Source of the DNA: Candidatus Levyibacteriota bacterium
GTDB taxonomy: Bacteria > Patescibacteriota > Microgenomatia > Levybacterales > UBA12049
Reading direction: 5' to 3'
Assembly (NCBI GenBank): GCA_016214555.1
Contig: JACROF010000012.1
Location: forward strand, 203,485 to 267,484
Length of the DNA stretch: 64,000 nt
A program made the translations under genes and the position numbers. Within the stretch, counting starts at the first letter, position 1, and each line of letters begins with the position of its first letter. The notes beneath the pieces were generated by a model that worked only from the letters and a program-made list of their open reading frames with translations, was not told where the DNA came from and did no database searches. Positions 25,460 to 36,006 of this stretch are shown here, in pieces.

Positions 25460-26221
25460 GTGAAGAATATTTACCTCTCTGTTGTCATTCCGTGTTATAA
25501 CGAAATGGCAAATCTCCGAAAGGGTGTCCTCAATAAAGTTGATTCATATCTCTCAAAAAAGAAATATTCATTCGAAGTTATTATTGTTGACGATGGATCA
25601 ACTGATGGAAGCGTCGACTTTATAAAAGATTTTGTTAGCGATCACAAAGAGTTCAAGTTTATTGCAAGCCACCACATGGGAAAAGCTGGTGCAGTTACAA
25701 CAGGAATGCTTGAGGCTAAAGGATCGTATAGACTTTTTTCAGACATGGATCAGGCTACCCCTATTGAGGAGATTGATAGCCTACTGCCATATTTTGATAA
25801 GGGATATAACATCGTTATTGGTTCACGCAGTAACAGAAGAGAGGGATCCCCTTTAATTAGGCAATTTATTTCAAGAGCTCAGGTAATTTTGAGAAAAGGG
25901 ATCGTGGGATTGCATGGAATTTCAGATACGCAGTGTGGATTTAAAATGTTTGAAGGAGAAGTCGCTGAGAGACTTTTTTCCGCAATCAAAAGTATTCATC
26001 ATGGATTTAAGAAAATTAGCGGATCCAACGTAACATCAGGATTTGATATTGAGCTTTTATATATCGCTGAGAAAATGAACTATTCTATAATGGAGGTGCC
26101 TGTCCATTGGCTTTATGTCGAGACCAGAAGAGTTAACCCAATTAAAGACTCACTCCAAGGCGTTTCTGATCTGATCCAGATAAAGCAGAATGCACTTGCG
26201 GGGAAGTATTCAAAGGCATGA
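25460..26221 (+). CDS. GT2 polyprenol-phosphate sugar synthase (DPM1/GtrB/CsbB-like glycosyltransferase)
   Basis: LSVVIPCYNE, IIVDDGSTDGS, DMDQ (DxD) and IVIGSR....QCGFKMF motifs are typical of dolichol/undecaprenol-phosphate hexosyltransferases. First gene of the supercluster. Confidence 0.85.
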   Translation: MKNIYLSVVIPCYNEMANLRKGVLNKVDSYLSKKKYSFEVIIVDDGSTDGSVDFIKDFVSDHKEFKFIASHHMGKAGAVTTGMLEAKGSYRLFSDMDQATPIEEIDSLLPYFDKGYNIVIGSRSNRREGSPLIRQFISRAQVILRKGIVGLHGISDTQCGFKMFEGEVAERLFSAIKSIHHGFKKISGSNVTSGFDIELLYIAEKMNYSIMEVPVHWLYVETRRVNPIKDSLQGVSDLIQIKQNALAGKYSKA

Positions 26222-27432
26222 GCTCTCAACAAGAAATCATCAGGCCATCACACCCACAAAAATTTTTTGAAAGACTTTTGATTTTTTTGTCTTTACTTCT
26301 TTTTCTTTATTCTTTTACTCAGGTTGATCTTGGATTGACCCTTACAAGAGCATCAATTTTTGCAACAATACAGCACGCGTTTCAGTACATAGGGTTTTTT
26401 AACCGTCCTTTGTCAACTTTTCTTTTGACTATTCTTATCATTGGATTTACGACTACTTATTTTATGTATTTGCTTTTTATCAAAAGACAACCTGTTTCAA
26501 AGGCGCATCTTTGGAGAACCATTTTTATAGTTAGCGGTGTTCTTGCGCTATCCTACACCGCCTTTTCTTACGATATTTTTAATTATATTTTTGATGCAAA
26601 AATTATTACTTTTTACCATCAAAATCCTTATCTTCACAAAGCTCTTGATTTCCCTGGTGATCCAATGCTTTCATTTATGCACTGGACACACAGGACTTAT
26701 CCTTATGGTCCATTTTGGTTAGGTATTTCTTTGCCATTTTCTTATATAGGACTGCAATTTTTTCTTCCAACCTATTTTCTTTTTAAAGGACTTGCATTGA
26801 TGGGATACTTACTTACTGTCTATTCAATAAGTCGCATTCTTCAAATGGTATCACCAAAACATGAGACGTTAGGAATTGCCTTTTTCGCTTTAAATCCTCT
26901 AGTTCTTATTGAGTCACTTGTTTCAGGCCACAACGATATAGCCATGATGGGAGTGGGAATGTTTGGATTCCATCTTTTTTTGAAGAAAAAATACTTTCTA
27001 AGCTTCATTATTCTTATTTTTTCAGCTGGAATAAAATTTGCAACAGGATTTATTATTCCATTATTTGCGCTGCTTTATGTTTTCAGGCGGAAAAACACCC
27101 AATTTTCTTGGGAGAGCATATTTTTTAGCCTTCTAATAGCTATGATTGCTTCTTTTGGCGCAATGATGATCAGATCTGGCCAATTTCAACCGTGGTATTT
27201 GTTGGTAATACTTCCTTTTGCATCACTTCTTTCAAGACATCGATATGTTCTTATTCCATTTTTTATTATTAGTTTTGGGGCGCTTCTTAACTATTTACCG
27301 TATTTTTATAGTGGGAATTGGGATGATCCCATTCCATCTATCCTTTTGCAAATCAATAGTATTACTTTGCTTATGGCGTGTATTAGTGGGGTAGTGTTCT
27401 ACCTCAGAGATAAAAAAATTGATACTAGGTAG
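26218..27432 (+). CDS. Polytopic membrane protein, putative GT-C-type glycosyltransferase (unclassified)
   Basis: ~11 predicted TM helices; ATGA-type 4-nt overlap with the upstream GT2 synthase gene. No confident family assignment. Confidence 0.4.
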   Translation: MSSQQEIIRPSHPQKFFERLLIFLSLLLFLYSFTQVDLGLTLTRASIFATIQHAFQYIGFFNRPLSTFLLTILIIGFTTTYFMYLLFIKRQPVSKAHLWRTIFIVSGVLALSYTAFSYDIFNYIFDAKIITFYHQNPYLHKALDFPGDPMLSFMHWTHRTYPYGPFWLGISLPFSYIGLQFFLPTYFLFKGLALMGYLLTVYSISRILQMVSPKHETLGIAFFALNPLVLIESLVSGHNDIAMMGVGMFGFHLFLKKKYFLSFIILIFSAGIKFATGFIIPLFALLYVFRRKNTQFSWESIFFSLLIAMIASFGAMMIRSGQFQPWYLLVILPFASLLSRHRYVLIPFFIISFGALLNYLPYFYSGNWDDPIPSILLQINSITLLMACISGVVFYLRDKKIDTR

Positions 27433-27448
27433 TATATAATTATTTTAG

Positions 27449-28963
27449 ATGAAATTTATAAAAAAAAATAAAAAATATATCCTCCTTGTCGCAATTATTA
27501 TTGTTGTTTATTTTTTAACACGCCTTGTAGCAATTAACAGTCTACCAATATTTACTGATGAAGCAATTTATCTTAGGTGGTCACAGATTGCCCTTCATGA
27601 TGCAAATTGGAGATTTATTTCTCTAACAGACGGGAAGCAGCCTCTTTTCATCTGGTTTGTGATGTTAGCTATGAAATACATCGAAGACCCTCTTATTGCA
27701 GGGAGAGTGGTATCAGTAATTGCCGGTTTTTTTACCTTGATAGGATTGTATTTTTTAGGTTCAGAAGTGTTCTCAAACAAAAAAATAGGATTACTTTCAT
27801 CTTCCCTTTATCTTTTGTATCCTTTTGCTTTGGTTTATGACAGGATGGCACTCTATGATAGTCTTGTTGGAACATTTGCGGTGTGGGCTTTGTTTGGCGC
27901 TATAAAACTCGTACGAAACCAACGTTTTGATACGGCAATGCTATTGGGTTTTGTGACTGGGGGAGCCGTATTGAACAAAACAAGTGGGTTTCTTGCCTTG
28001 TATCTTCTTCCATTCCTTTTGGTTCTCATGCCTGTCAAGGAGATAAAGAATGTCAAAAGAGTTGCTAGATTTATCCTAATGTGTGCCGTTGTGGCAGTTA
28101 TTACTTATGGGTGTTATGCCATCTTAAGACTGTCTCCATTCTTTTATATTATTGAACAGAAAAACGCTCTTTTTGTATATCCTTTTCATGAGTGGATAAA
28201 ACATCCTTTTACTTTTTTTATTCCAAATATCCGAGCGCTTTTTGACTGGTATCTTCATTATGTTGGATTACCAATGTCGCTTCTTGTTTTAGGGTCATTT
28301 TTGGTTTCAAAGTCATATTTTCGAGAAAAGATACTGCTTTTTCTATGGTTTTTTCTCCCATTTTTGGCGTTGGCACTTACAGGTAAGACTCTTTATCCTA
28401 GGTACATATTTTTTATGACACTTTTTCTTTTACCACTCTGTGCATATACTCTCATATTTTTATATGAAAAATTATCTAGGAAGGCATACTACTCCGTTGG
28501 TTTTCTTGCTATCATTTATTGGGTAATTTCATCAGGGATGGTGATAACTCAGTTTCAAAACGCACCGATTCCTAAATCAGATATTCAGCAGTATCTGACC
28601 TCATGGACATCGGGGGAGGGAGTGAGTGAAGCAATTAAATTTTTTAGAGAGAGGTCAAAAGATAATAAAATATTTGTTGGGACACAAGGTACATTTGGGT
28701 TGATGCCTTATGCATTAGAGTTATACCTTGTTGATGATCCTCAGATAGAAATGAAGTCATATTGGCCAGTTGATAATGTTTTTTTGAGAGATATACAAAA
28801 GAAAACTTTAGAGAAAGAGTCCTATGTACTTTTCTATGAAGGTTGTCCAAGCTGTCCAAGCAATGGGATTGCGCCTACTGATTGGCCTCTTGAAAAAGTA
28901 TTCCAACTAAAAAAAATTGAGCCATATACATACCTGACAATTTATAAAGTTATTCCACAATGA
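27449..28963 (+). CDS. GT-C membrane glycosyltransferase, ArnT/PMT-like (GT39/GT83-type)
   Basis: N-terminal TM then a first-loop DE motif (PIFTDEAIYLRW) characteristic of ArnT/PMT-family GT-C enzymes. ~11 TM followed by a soluble C-terminal domain. Confidence 0.6.
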   Translation: MKFIKKNKKYILLVAIIIVVYFLTRLVAINSLPIFTDEAIYLRWSQIALHDANWRFISLTDGKQPLFIWFVMLAMKYIEDPLIAGRVVSVIAGFFTLIGLYFLGSEVFSNKKIGLLSSSLYLLYPFALVYDRMALYDSLVGTFAVWALFGAIKLVRNQRFDTAMLLGFVTGGAVLNKTSGFLALYLLPFLLVLMPVKEIKNVKRVARFILMCAVVAVITYGCYAILRLSPFFYIIEQKNALFVYPFHEWIKHPFTFFIPNIRALFDWYLHYVGLPMSLLVLGSFLVSKSYFREKILLFLWFFLPFLALALTGKTLYPRYIFFMTLFLLPLCAYTLIFLYEKLSRKAYYSVGFLAIIYWVISSGMVITQFQNAPIPKSDIQQYLTSWTSGEGVSEAIKFFRERSKDNKIFVGTQGTFGLMPYALELYLVDDPQIEMKSYWPVDNVFLRDIQKKTLEKESYVLFYEGCPSCPSNGIAPTDWPLEKVFQLKKIEPYTYLTIYKVIPQ

Positions 28964-30633
28964 GATTGAATAAAAAGTTTATTGCAGGTTTAATACTAGT
29001 GCTTTTATTTCTCTCTCTTCCTCTGATTGCGCCTTTTTTTCAAAAAGGATATTTTACAACGCACGATGGTGAATGGGCAGTTGTGCGACTTGCCGATATG
29101 TACCGTGAAGTAAGAGATGGTCAGATCCCCCCGCGCTTTAGCGGAAATCTTAATAGCGGTTATGGGTACCCTCTTTTTCAATATGCTTACCCAATGCCTT
29201 ATTATTTGGGTTTAGTGTTGTATCTTTTCCAAATAGGGTTGGTAGATAGCATCAAGATTCTTTTTGCATCAACTGTATTTCTGTCAGGGGTAGCAATGTT
29301 TTTTTTATCACGAAGTCTTTGGAAATCAAACATCGCTGGTATTGTAAGTGCAATATTGTATATGTATGCACCTTATCGCCTTGTAGATTTGTACGTGCGA
29401 GGATCGATTGGTGAGTCAATAGCCTCAGTATTTTTCCCATTAATATTACTTACCATGCTCTCCTTAAGAGAGAGAATAACGCCAGTAAGAGTTGTACTAC
29501 TTTCACTGCTTACTGCCTCACTTGTCCTAACACATAATATTATGGCAGTTCTCTTTCTTGTCATTATCTTGGGATTTTTCATCTATTTTTTAATAGAAAA
29601 GGATTTTTTAACAATAAAAGCAAGTCTTATCGGGATTGTTGGAGGATTTATGCTCTCTGCCTATTTCTGGATCCCAGCGTTACTTGAAAAAAAGTATATT
29701 TTGCTTTCCATAATTCCTATTGCTGATAGAAGCCTGCATTTTGTTTCGCTTAATCAGTTGATTCTGCCAACGTGGGGATATGGCACGCCAACTGATCCAG
29801 ACGCCTTTACATACCAGATTGGACTTGCGCATATTTTTGTAGTCTTCTTGATTGGTGTAACATTTTTTCTTAAAAAGAAAGACTTGATGAGAAATATTAC
29901 AACTTTGTTTTTTATTCTTATTTCAGTTTTTTTATTTTTAATGTTCCCCTTATCAAAAGTTATTTGGGAGAACACTCCACTGCTTCATGAAATTAATTAC
30001 CCATGGACCTGTTTGATGCCTATTATTTTTTTATCTAGTATTATTGCAGGGAAAACAGCTATCACCAATTTTTTTCCACTGCAGAAAATAATAGTTGGAA
30101 TAGCATGTGTTGCTGCAATTTTTTTTGGAATTACATATGCCCGTCCTAACAAAATTGTCGATAATGGAGATGGGTTTTATTTTACAAATGATGCAACAAC
30201 AACATCATCAAAAGAATTGATGCCATTATGGGTCAAGGATATACCACAGGTTAGACCTAAAAATAAAATTGAAATTATAAAAGGGATAGGTAATATTTCA
30301 CCACTTCATATCACATCGCATAAGGCACTTTTTGAAACTGATCTTAAAACAGATGCAATTATACGGTTTAATACTATTTATTTTCCACAATGGGAATGGA
30401 AGGTTGATGGAAAAAATACTCCATACTCATACAATAATAGAGTCGGAGTAATGGATGCACATTTTACAAAAGGGCATCACAACATCTCAATAGTGCTAAG
30501 AGATACACCCATACGAATCATTTCAAATAGCATTAGCTTTGTGACATTTGTTGTTTTTGTGTTTGTCATAGTAGTGAGATTTTTAGAACTTTTTTTAAAA
30601 AGACGAATATTGATTTTTCCATATAAGTTATGA
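28960..30633 (+). CDS. YfhO-like GT-C membrane glycosyltransferase, short paralog family A (1 of 4)
   Basis: Conserved N-terminal TTHDG..H..R and FSGNLNSGYGYPLFQYAYP motifs, YVRGSIGE motif, and C-terminal YFPQWEWKVDGK..-type motif (YxPGW..VDG) shared with the 749-aa YfhO-like protein at 46562. Family name is tentative. Confidence 0.5.
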   Translation: MRLNKKFIAGLILVLLFLSLPLIAPFFQKGYFTTHDGEWAVVRLADMYREVRDGQIPPRFSGNLNSGYGYPLFQYAYPMPYYLGLVLYLFQIGLVDSIKILFASTVFLSGVAMFFLSRSLWKSNIAGIVSAILYMYAPYRLVDLYVRGSIGESIASVFFPLILLTMLSLRERITPVRVVLLSLLTASLVLTHNIMAVLFLVIILGFFIYFLIEKDFLTIKASLIGIVGGFMLSAYFWIPALLEKKYILLSIIPIADRSLHFVSLNQLILPTWGYGTPTDPDAFTYQIGLAHIFVVFLIGVTFFLKKKDLMRNITTLFFILISVFLFLMFPLSKVIWENTPLLHEINYPWTCLMPIIFLSSIIAGKTAITNFFPLQKIIVGIACVAAIFFGITYARPNKIVDNGDGFYFTNDATTTSSKELMPLWVKDIPQVRPKNKIEIIKGIGNISPLHITSHKALFETDLKTDAIIRFNTIYFPQWEWKVDGKNTPYSYNNRVGVMDAHFTKGHHNISIVLRDTPIRIISNSISFVTFVVFVFVIVVRFLELFLKRRILIFPYKL

Positions 30634-32303
30634 AAAAAATACTTTGGCCGATTATCATTCTTTGTATAGGAGTAGTAACTATTTTTCCATTATTTCATAG
30701 TGAATATTTTCCAATGCATGATAATACGCAGGTCTCTAGAGTTTCTCAGATGGCGTTATCTTTGTCAGAAGGAGCTTTTCCCGTCAGGTGGGTGAATGAC
30801 CTTGGCTATGGATATGGTTATCCTATTTTTAATTTTTATGCACCTTTTGCTTATTATGTAGGAGCGTTTTTTGTATTGTTTGGTATTAATTCTCTTATGG
30901 CTACTAAAATAATGTTTGGCATTGGGATGATATCGGCTGGTCTTTCTATGTATTTTTTGTCAAAATCTTTTTTTGGTAAAAATGCAGCAATCTTGTCATC
31001 ACTGCTTTATCTGTTTTTTCCCTACCATGCTTCGTTGTTGTATGTGAGAGGTGCTATTGGAGAGTTATTTGCTTATGGTTTTTTGCCATTGCCATTTTTG
31101 GGATTATGGCAACTGTATAAAACAGGAAAATTTAGGTATGTAATTTTGTTTGCTTTAGGATATGGAGGAATTATTATCTCACACAATCTTTCAGCGCTCA
31201 TGATAACCCCATTTATTGTTCTTGCTTGCGTATTATTGTCAGCTATTTTGTATAAAAAGAAACAAATAAGAGTAATTCTTATGATTTTTTCGGGTTTGGT
31301 ACTTTCAATACTCTTGTCATCATGGTATGTGGTTCCTGCGATTTTTGAAATGAAATTTACAAATATCTCATCAATTCTTGGGGGTGGATCAAATCCTCTT
31401 GATCATTTTGTATGTCTTAAACAGTTTTGGTCAGGACCTTGGGGTTTCGCAGGATCAACAAAAGGATGTATGGACGGCATGTCATTTGTAATAGGTAAAG
31501 TTCACGTCCTTGTTTTGGTGATTGGATTATTAACATTTGCTTACTCGCATCGATTGAAGGATAAAGAGAAAAAAGGTCTTTTATTTTTCTCGTTTTTTCT
31601 CATTTTGCTTTCTGGATTTCTTATGACTGACATGTCTTCTTTTATATGGAAGGAAATTTCTTTTCTTCACTATATTCAGTTTCCTTGGAGGTATTTATCC
31701 TTTATAGCTTTGGGTGTTGCAGTGATTGGAGGATCAATAGTATTTTTCCTTGAAAGATATCACAAGAGAAGTGCTTTCTTTTTTATATTCTTGTTTGTTT
31801 TTCTTACTGTTTTTTACAATAAGCATTATTTTATGCCTCAATATTTTTGGAGTAACGATAAAGCAGTGAGTTATTTTTCTGATACAAAATGGACAGTATC
31901 AAAAATTTCTGATGAGTATTTGCCAAGAGATTTTATCAAGCCTAAAAATAGAGATGAAATACCAAAAGAGCTAGTTAAAAACCAGCAAATTCTGAAAAAT
32001 TTTGAAATAATAGCTAACTCTGTTTATAAAAAGGAATTTATCATAGATCTTGATAGACAAACGATTATTCAAATTAACACTGCGTATTTTCCAGGATGGC
32101 AATTGTCAATTGATGACAGGAGGGATGTAAAAGGTTTTCAAAAAAATGGTATCTTTGTACTACCTCTCTCTGAGGGAGTTCATCATATAGAATTAAATTT
32201 TAAACAAACTCCTCTTGAGAGATACTCAAATTATCTTTCTTTATTAGGTATAATCATAGTACTTGCTGGGATATTGCACTCAAGAAAGGAAAAATATTTA
32301 TAG
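30630..32303 (+). CDS. YfhO-like GT-C membrane glycosyltransferase, paralog family A (2 of 4)
   Basis: FPMHDN...VRWVNDLGYGYGYPIFNFYAP, YVRGAIGE, C-terminal YFPGWQLSIDD. Tandem with 28960 (4-nt overlap). Confidence 0.5.
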   Translation: MKKILWPIIILCIGVVTIFPLFHSEYFPMHDNTQVSRVSQMALSLSEGAFPVRWVNDLGYGYGYPIFNFYAPFAYYVGAFFVLFGINSLMATKIMFGIGMISAGLSMYFLSKSFFGKNAAILSSLLYLFFPYHASLLYVRGAIGELFAYGFLPLPFLGLWQLYKTGKFRYVILFALGYGGIIISHNLSALMITPFIVLACVLLSAILYKKKQIRVILMIFSGLVLSILLSSWYVVPAIFEMKFTNISSILGGGSNPLDHFVCLKQFWSGPWGFAGSTKGCMDGMSFVIGKVHVLVLVIGLLTFAYSHRLKDKEKKGLLFFSFFLILLSGFLMTDMSSFIWKEISFLHYIQFPWRYLSFIALGVAVIGGSIVFFLERYHKRSAFFFIFLFVFLTVFYNKHYFMPQYFWSNDKAVSYFSDTKWTVSKISDEYLPRDFIKPKNRDEIPKELVKNQQILKNFEIIANSVYKKEFIIDLDRQTIIQINTAYFPGWQLSIDDRRDVKGFQKNGIFVLPLSEGVHHIELNFKQTPLERYSNYLSLLGIIIVLAGILHSRKEKYL

Positions 32304-33019
32304 TGAAAAAATTACCTGAATTGACAATTTTTTTCCCGTTTTGGAATGAAGAGAAAAACATAGCTGAAATTGTTCATAACGCCGTTGATATTATTCCAAC
32401 TGTTGCTGAAAAATTTGAGATACTTATAGTCGATGACGGGTCACTTGATGGTACGCTTAGGATTGCAAATGAGTTGGCAGAAAAATATCCCTATATTAGA
32501 GTAATTAGCCACAACGTGAATAGGGGATATGGTGCAGCGTTAAAATCAGGCTTTGAAAATGCAAAATATGACTATATTATTTTTACTGATGGGGATTTGC
32601 AGTTCAACCTACATGAAATTACAAAATTCACCGAGAATATTCACAAAGCAGATATGGTGATTGGGTATCGAAGAAAGAGGAAGGACAATAAAATAATTAA
32701 AAGATTGCTACTTATGAATCTATTAAAAATTTGGGATTTTGTTTTGTTTGGGTTCCATTTTAAAGACATTGATTGTGGTTTTAAAATGTTTACAAGGCAT
32801 GCACTTGAGGCTATTGGACCTCTTAGGTCAGAGGGAGCAATGGTTACAACAGAAATATTGGCAAAAGCTAGGAAGAAAAAACTAAAGATAATACAAGTTG
32901 GCGTTGAGCATTTCCCACGTGTTTATGGAGAGCAGACTGGGGCAAATATCTTCGTTGTTGTAAGGGCAATTCTAGAGAGTATGACACTTTTTATGGATAT
33001 TAAAAGCAAGAGGTTTTAA
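32303..33019 (+). CDS. GT2 polyprenol-phosphate sugar synthase (DPM1/GtrB-like), second copy
   Basis: ILIVDDGSLDGT, FTDGD (DxD), IGYR....DCGFKMF motifs. Confidence 0.85.
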   Translation: MKKLPELTIFFPFWNEEKNIAEIVHNAVDIIPTVAEKFEILIVDDGSLDGTLRIANELAEKYPYIRVISHNVNRGYGAALKSGFENAKYDYIIFTDGDLQFNLHEITKFTENIHKADMVIGYRRKRKDNKIIKRLLLMNLLKIWDFVLFGFHFKDIDCGFKMFTRHALEAIGPLRSEGAMVTTEILAKARKKKLKIIQVGVEHFPRVYGEQTGANIFVVVRAILESMTLFMDIKSKRF

Positions 33020-34471
33020 ATGCAAGAAATTGATATTACAACTATCACAAAACGTTCAATTCATGGAGTTTTTGCTCTTGTATCAAGAACGTTTCTTATT
33101 CAGGTGGTCATGCAGCTGGTCAGTTTTTTTCTCACAATTTATTTATTGCCTGCAGAGTATGGAGTTTTTTATATAGTTTCTGCAGCAATTGCTTTTTTAG
33201 GATATTTTTCAGACATTGGATTGGCTGCAGCTCTCATTCAGAAAAAAGAACCTCTTACAAAGGACGATCTAAGGACAACATTTACTATCCAACAGGGGTT
33301 AGTCATTGTTGTTTCAATTATTGCACTACTTTTTTCAGACCAAATTGGAAGATTTTATAGTTTAGATGGTTCTGGAAAAATACTGTATCAGGCCCTCATC
33401 TTGGCTTTTTTCCTTTCATCTCTTAAGACAATTCCATCTATTTTGCTTGAAAGAGAGTTGAAATTTCAAAAGCTGGTGATACCGGAAATTGTAGAAGCAT
33501 TTGCTTTTAGCATAACAGTTCTTACCATGGTAATCATGGGGTTTGGGGTAACAAGCTTTACTGTGGCAGTTGTACTTAGGGGGTTTTTGGGTCTTATCAC
33601 TATGTATATTGTTGCACCATGGAAGCCAGAGATTGGTTTTTCAAAGCCTACGGCAAAAAGATTATTGTCATTTGGACTTCCTTTTCAAGCAAATAGCATA
33701 TTAGCACTATTAAAGGACCAACTTCTGGTGATTTATCTTGGAAAAGCTTTGCCTCTTACTCAGGTGGGATATATAGGCGTAGCGCAAAAATTAGCCTATA
33801 CGCCTCTAAGACTTTTTATGGACAATATTATTAGAATTACATTTCCTTCGTTTTCTCGTCTTACGGGCACTGATTATCTTGGGAAGGCGATAGAAAAAAC
33901 ACTTTTTGGAATCTGCGTTTTTATTTTTCCTGCAACTGCGGGAATGGTTTTAGTTATGCCAGATTTTATCAAAGTCTTCCCTAAATATGAAAAATGGGAA
34001 CCAGTTCTTGTCTCTCTTGGGTTTTTTGCTGCTAATGCAGCATTATCGAGCATATCAACTCCACTGACTAATGCGCTAAACGCAATAGGAAAAATAAAGG
34101 TGACTTTATATTTAATGATTTTTTGGACTCTTGCAACGTGGATTAGTATACCAATATGCATTTCGTTATTTGGATTTAATGGAGTTTCAATAGCCTCATT
34201 TATTATATCTCTGAGTCTTTTTGCGGTTATCTTTATTGCAAAAAGATATATCTCGTTTTCTGTGTTGCCAGTTATTACACCTCCTTTGATCGCTACTGTA
34301 GTTATGTCAGTCTTCATTTATTTTTTGGGTAGAGGATTGATAACTTCTCTTCCAATGCTAATTATTGTTATGATAGTAGGTGGAGGAGTTTATGGAGCTT
34401 GTCTTTTTATCATTGCGAAATCACAAATATTGTCTGATTTAGCTTTAATAAAAGAAAATCTTAGAAAATAA
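33020..34471 (+). CDS. Wzx-like oligosaccharide flippase (MOP superfamily polysaccharide biosynthesis protein)
   Basis: 483 aa, ~12-14 TM, N-terminal region typical of Wzx/RfbX (..GVFALVSRTFLIQVV.. then a charged loop). Confidence 0.7.
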   Translation: MQEIDITTITKRSIHGVFALVSRTFLIQVVMQLVSFFLTIYLLPAEYGVFYIVSAAIAFLGYFSDIGLAAALIQKKEPLTKDDLRTTFTIQQGLVIVVSIIALLFSDQIGRFYSLDGSGKILYQALILAFFLSSLKTIPSILLERELKFQKLVIPEIVEAFAFSITVLTMVIMGFGVTSFTVAVVLRGFLGLITMYIVAPWKPEIGFSKPTAKRLLSFGLPFQANSILALLKDQLLVIYLGKALPLTQVGYIGVAQKLAYTPLRLFMDNIIRITFPSFSRLTGTDYLGKAIEKTLFGICVFIFPATAGMVLVMPDFIKVFPKYEKWEPVLVSLGFFAANAALSSISTPLTNALNAIGKIKVTLYLMIFWTLATWISIPICISLFGFNGVSIASFIISLSLFAVIFIAKRYISFSVLPVITPPLIATVVMSVFIYFLGRGLITSLPMLIIVMIVGGGVYGACLFIIAKSQILSDLALIKENLRK

Positions 34472-34472
34472 T

Positions 34473-35399
34473 ATGGCGAAACTTTCAGTAGTGATTTCTG
34501 TACTAAATGGTGCTGCGGTTATAGAGGATTGTTTAAAGTCTGTTGAGTGGGCAGATGAGATTATTGTTGTGGATCATGAGTCAACAGATGGAACACTCAA
34601 GATTGTTAAAAAATATACAAATGATATTTTTTCTCAACCTAACGACATTACAAAAATTGATATTCAAAAAAACTTTGGATTTAAGAAAGCAAAACATGAA
34701 TGGATTTTAAGCATTGATGCTGATGAACGAATAGACGATGAATTACAAAAAGAAATAAAGGAAGTTATTGAACACATGTATCAAGATGCATATGCTATTC
34801 CTCGTAAAAATATTATTTTTGGGAAATGGATAAAGCACTCAATCTGGTGGCCTGATTATCAAATAAGACTTTTTCGAAAGGGTAGAGCAGAGTACGTTGA
34901 TGCAGTTGTTCACAAAGATATCCAGGTGAAAGGGACAGTAGGAAAGCTAACAAATCCTCTTACGCATGAAAATTATCAGACGGTCAGTCAGTACCTTCAA
35001 AAAATGGATGTATATACCGAAAGCGAGGCTCTTTCATTTATCAAAAACAACACCCATTTTTCGTGGATTGAGGCTGTGAGGATGCCTATAGGTGATTTTT
35101 TAAAAACATTTTTTTTCCAAAGGGGATATAAAGATGGGTTTCATGGCTTAGTACTAAGTGTGCTTCAGGGTTTTTATATGTTTTTGGTAGTTATAAAAGT
35201 ATGGGAGAAGCAAGGATTTAGAGAGGAAAACGATAAGCATTTCTTAAAAAATCTTTTGCGTGAATGGGAAAGGTATCAAAAGGAAGTTTCTTATTGGTTT
35301 ATGGTTTCATTTATTCAATCATCAGGAAATTTTATTGAAAAAATTCCCTACAGGCTAAAAAGAAAGTATCTTGATCAAAAATTAAAAAAAGAGTTTTAA
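34473..35399 (+). CDS. GT2 family glycosyltransferase (Glyco_tranf_2 'DADE' type), paralog 1 of 3
   Basis: LSVVISVLNG, IIVVDHESTDGT, ILSIDADE motifs. Paralogous to 44430 and 58492. Confidence 0.8.
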   Translation: MAKLSVVISVLNGAAVIEDCLKSVEWADEIIVVDHESTDGTLKIVKKYTNDIFSQPNDITKIDIQKNFGFKKAKHEWILSIDADERIDDELQKEIKEVIEHMYQDAYAIPRKNIIFGKWIKHSIWWPDYQIRLFRKGRAEYVDAVVHKDIQVKGTVGKLTNPLTHENYQTVSQYLQKMDVYTESEALSFIKNNTHFSWIEAVRMPIGDFLKTFFFQRGYKDGFHGLVLSVLQGFYMFLVVIKVWEKQGFREENDKHFLKNLLREWERYQKEVSYWFMVSFIQSSGNFIEKIPYRLKRKYLDQKLKKEF

Positions 35400-35983
35400 T
35401 TAAGTTTAATTCTAGTTAGATTGAGCCACTTTTTACCTTCAAGCATAGATTTATCTTTTCCATCATAGTCAAGATAGCCATTTACTTTCCTTAGATCACT
35501 AATTGATTTTATAAATGCTATTGTTACGTTATCCCCGCTTTGATAGACAAGTTCATTTTTATCATATTTGATCGTGTTTTTTGGTATGGACATAACTTGA
35601 TCTATGGTTTTTGCGTCTGTGATAATATCAACGCTGGCAATTTTGTTAGATTCAAAATAAAGTACCGGATTATTATTTGCATTTTTAGCATCTGGAATTA
35701 AAAACTCTTCTGGAATCGATGTAATATTTTTATTAGCAATACCAGCTTTATTATAAAGAATACTTCCATATGAGTAGAATTCTCTAAATTTCCAAAATAC
35801 CTGAGGATTGATAGGGTCGTCTATAAGGGTATGCATAAACATTTCCCATTCTTTTTCACGATCCATTTTCAAAAAGGATGATGTCTTAGGGTTTAATAAG
35901 AAAAAGGATGCTAGAATTATGCCAAAAATAAGAAAAAACATTAGGTTGTCATGTGATGTTTTTATTTTTTGTGTTTTGTCCAT
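35396..35983 (-). CDS. Hypothetical N-terminally membrane-anchored extracytoplasmic protein
   Basis: Single N-terminal TM then a 160-aa hydrophilic domain. Lies on the opposite strand inside the glycosylation cluster. Confidence 0.4.
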   Translation of the reverse strand: MDKTQKIKTSHDNLMFFLIFGIILASFFLLNPKTSSFLKMDREKEWEMFMHTLIDDPINPQVFWKFREFYSYGSILYNKAGIANKNITSIPEEFLIPDAKNANNNPVLYFESNKIASVDIITDAKTIDQVMSIPKNTIKYDKNELVYQSGDNVTIAFIKSISDLRKVNGYLDYDGKDKSMLEGKKWLNLTRIKLN

Positions 35984-36006
35984 AGTTCTTATATAATTTT
36001 TGTATA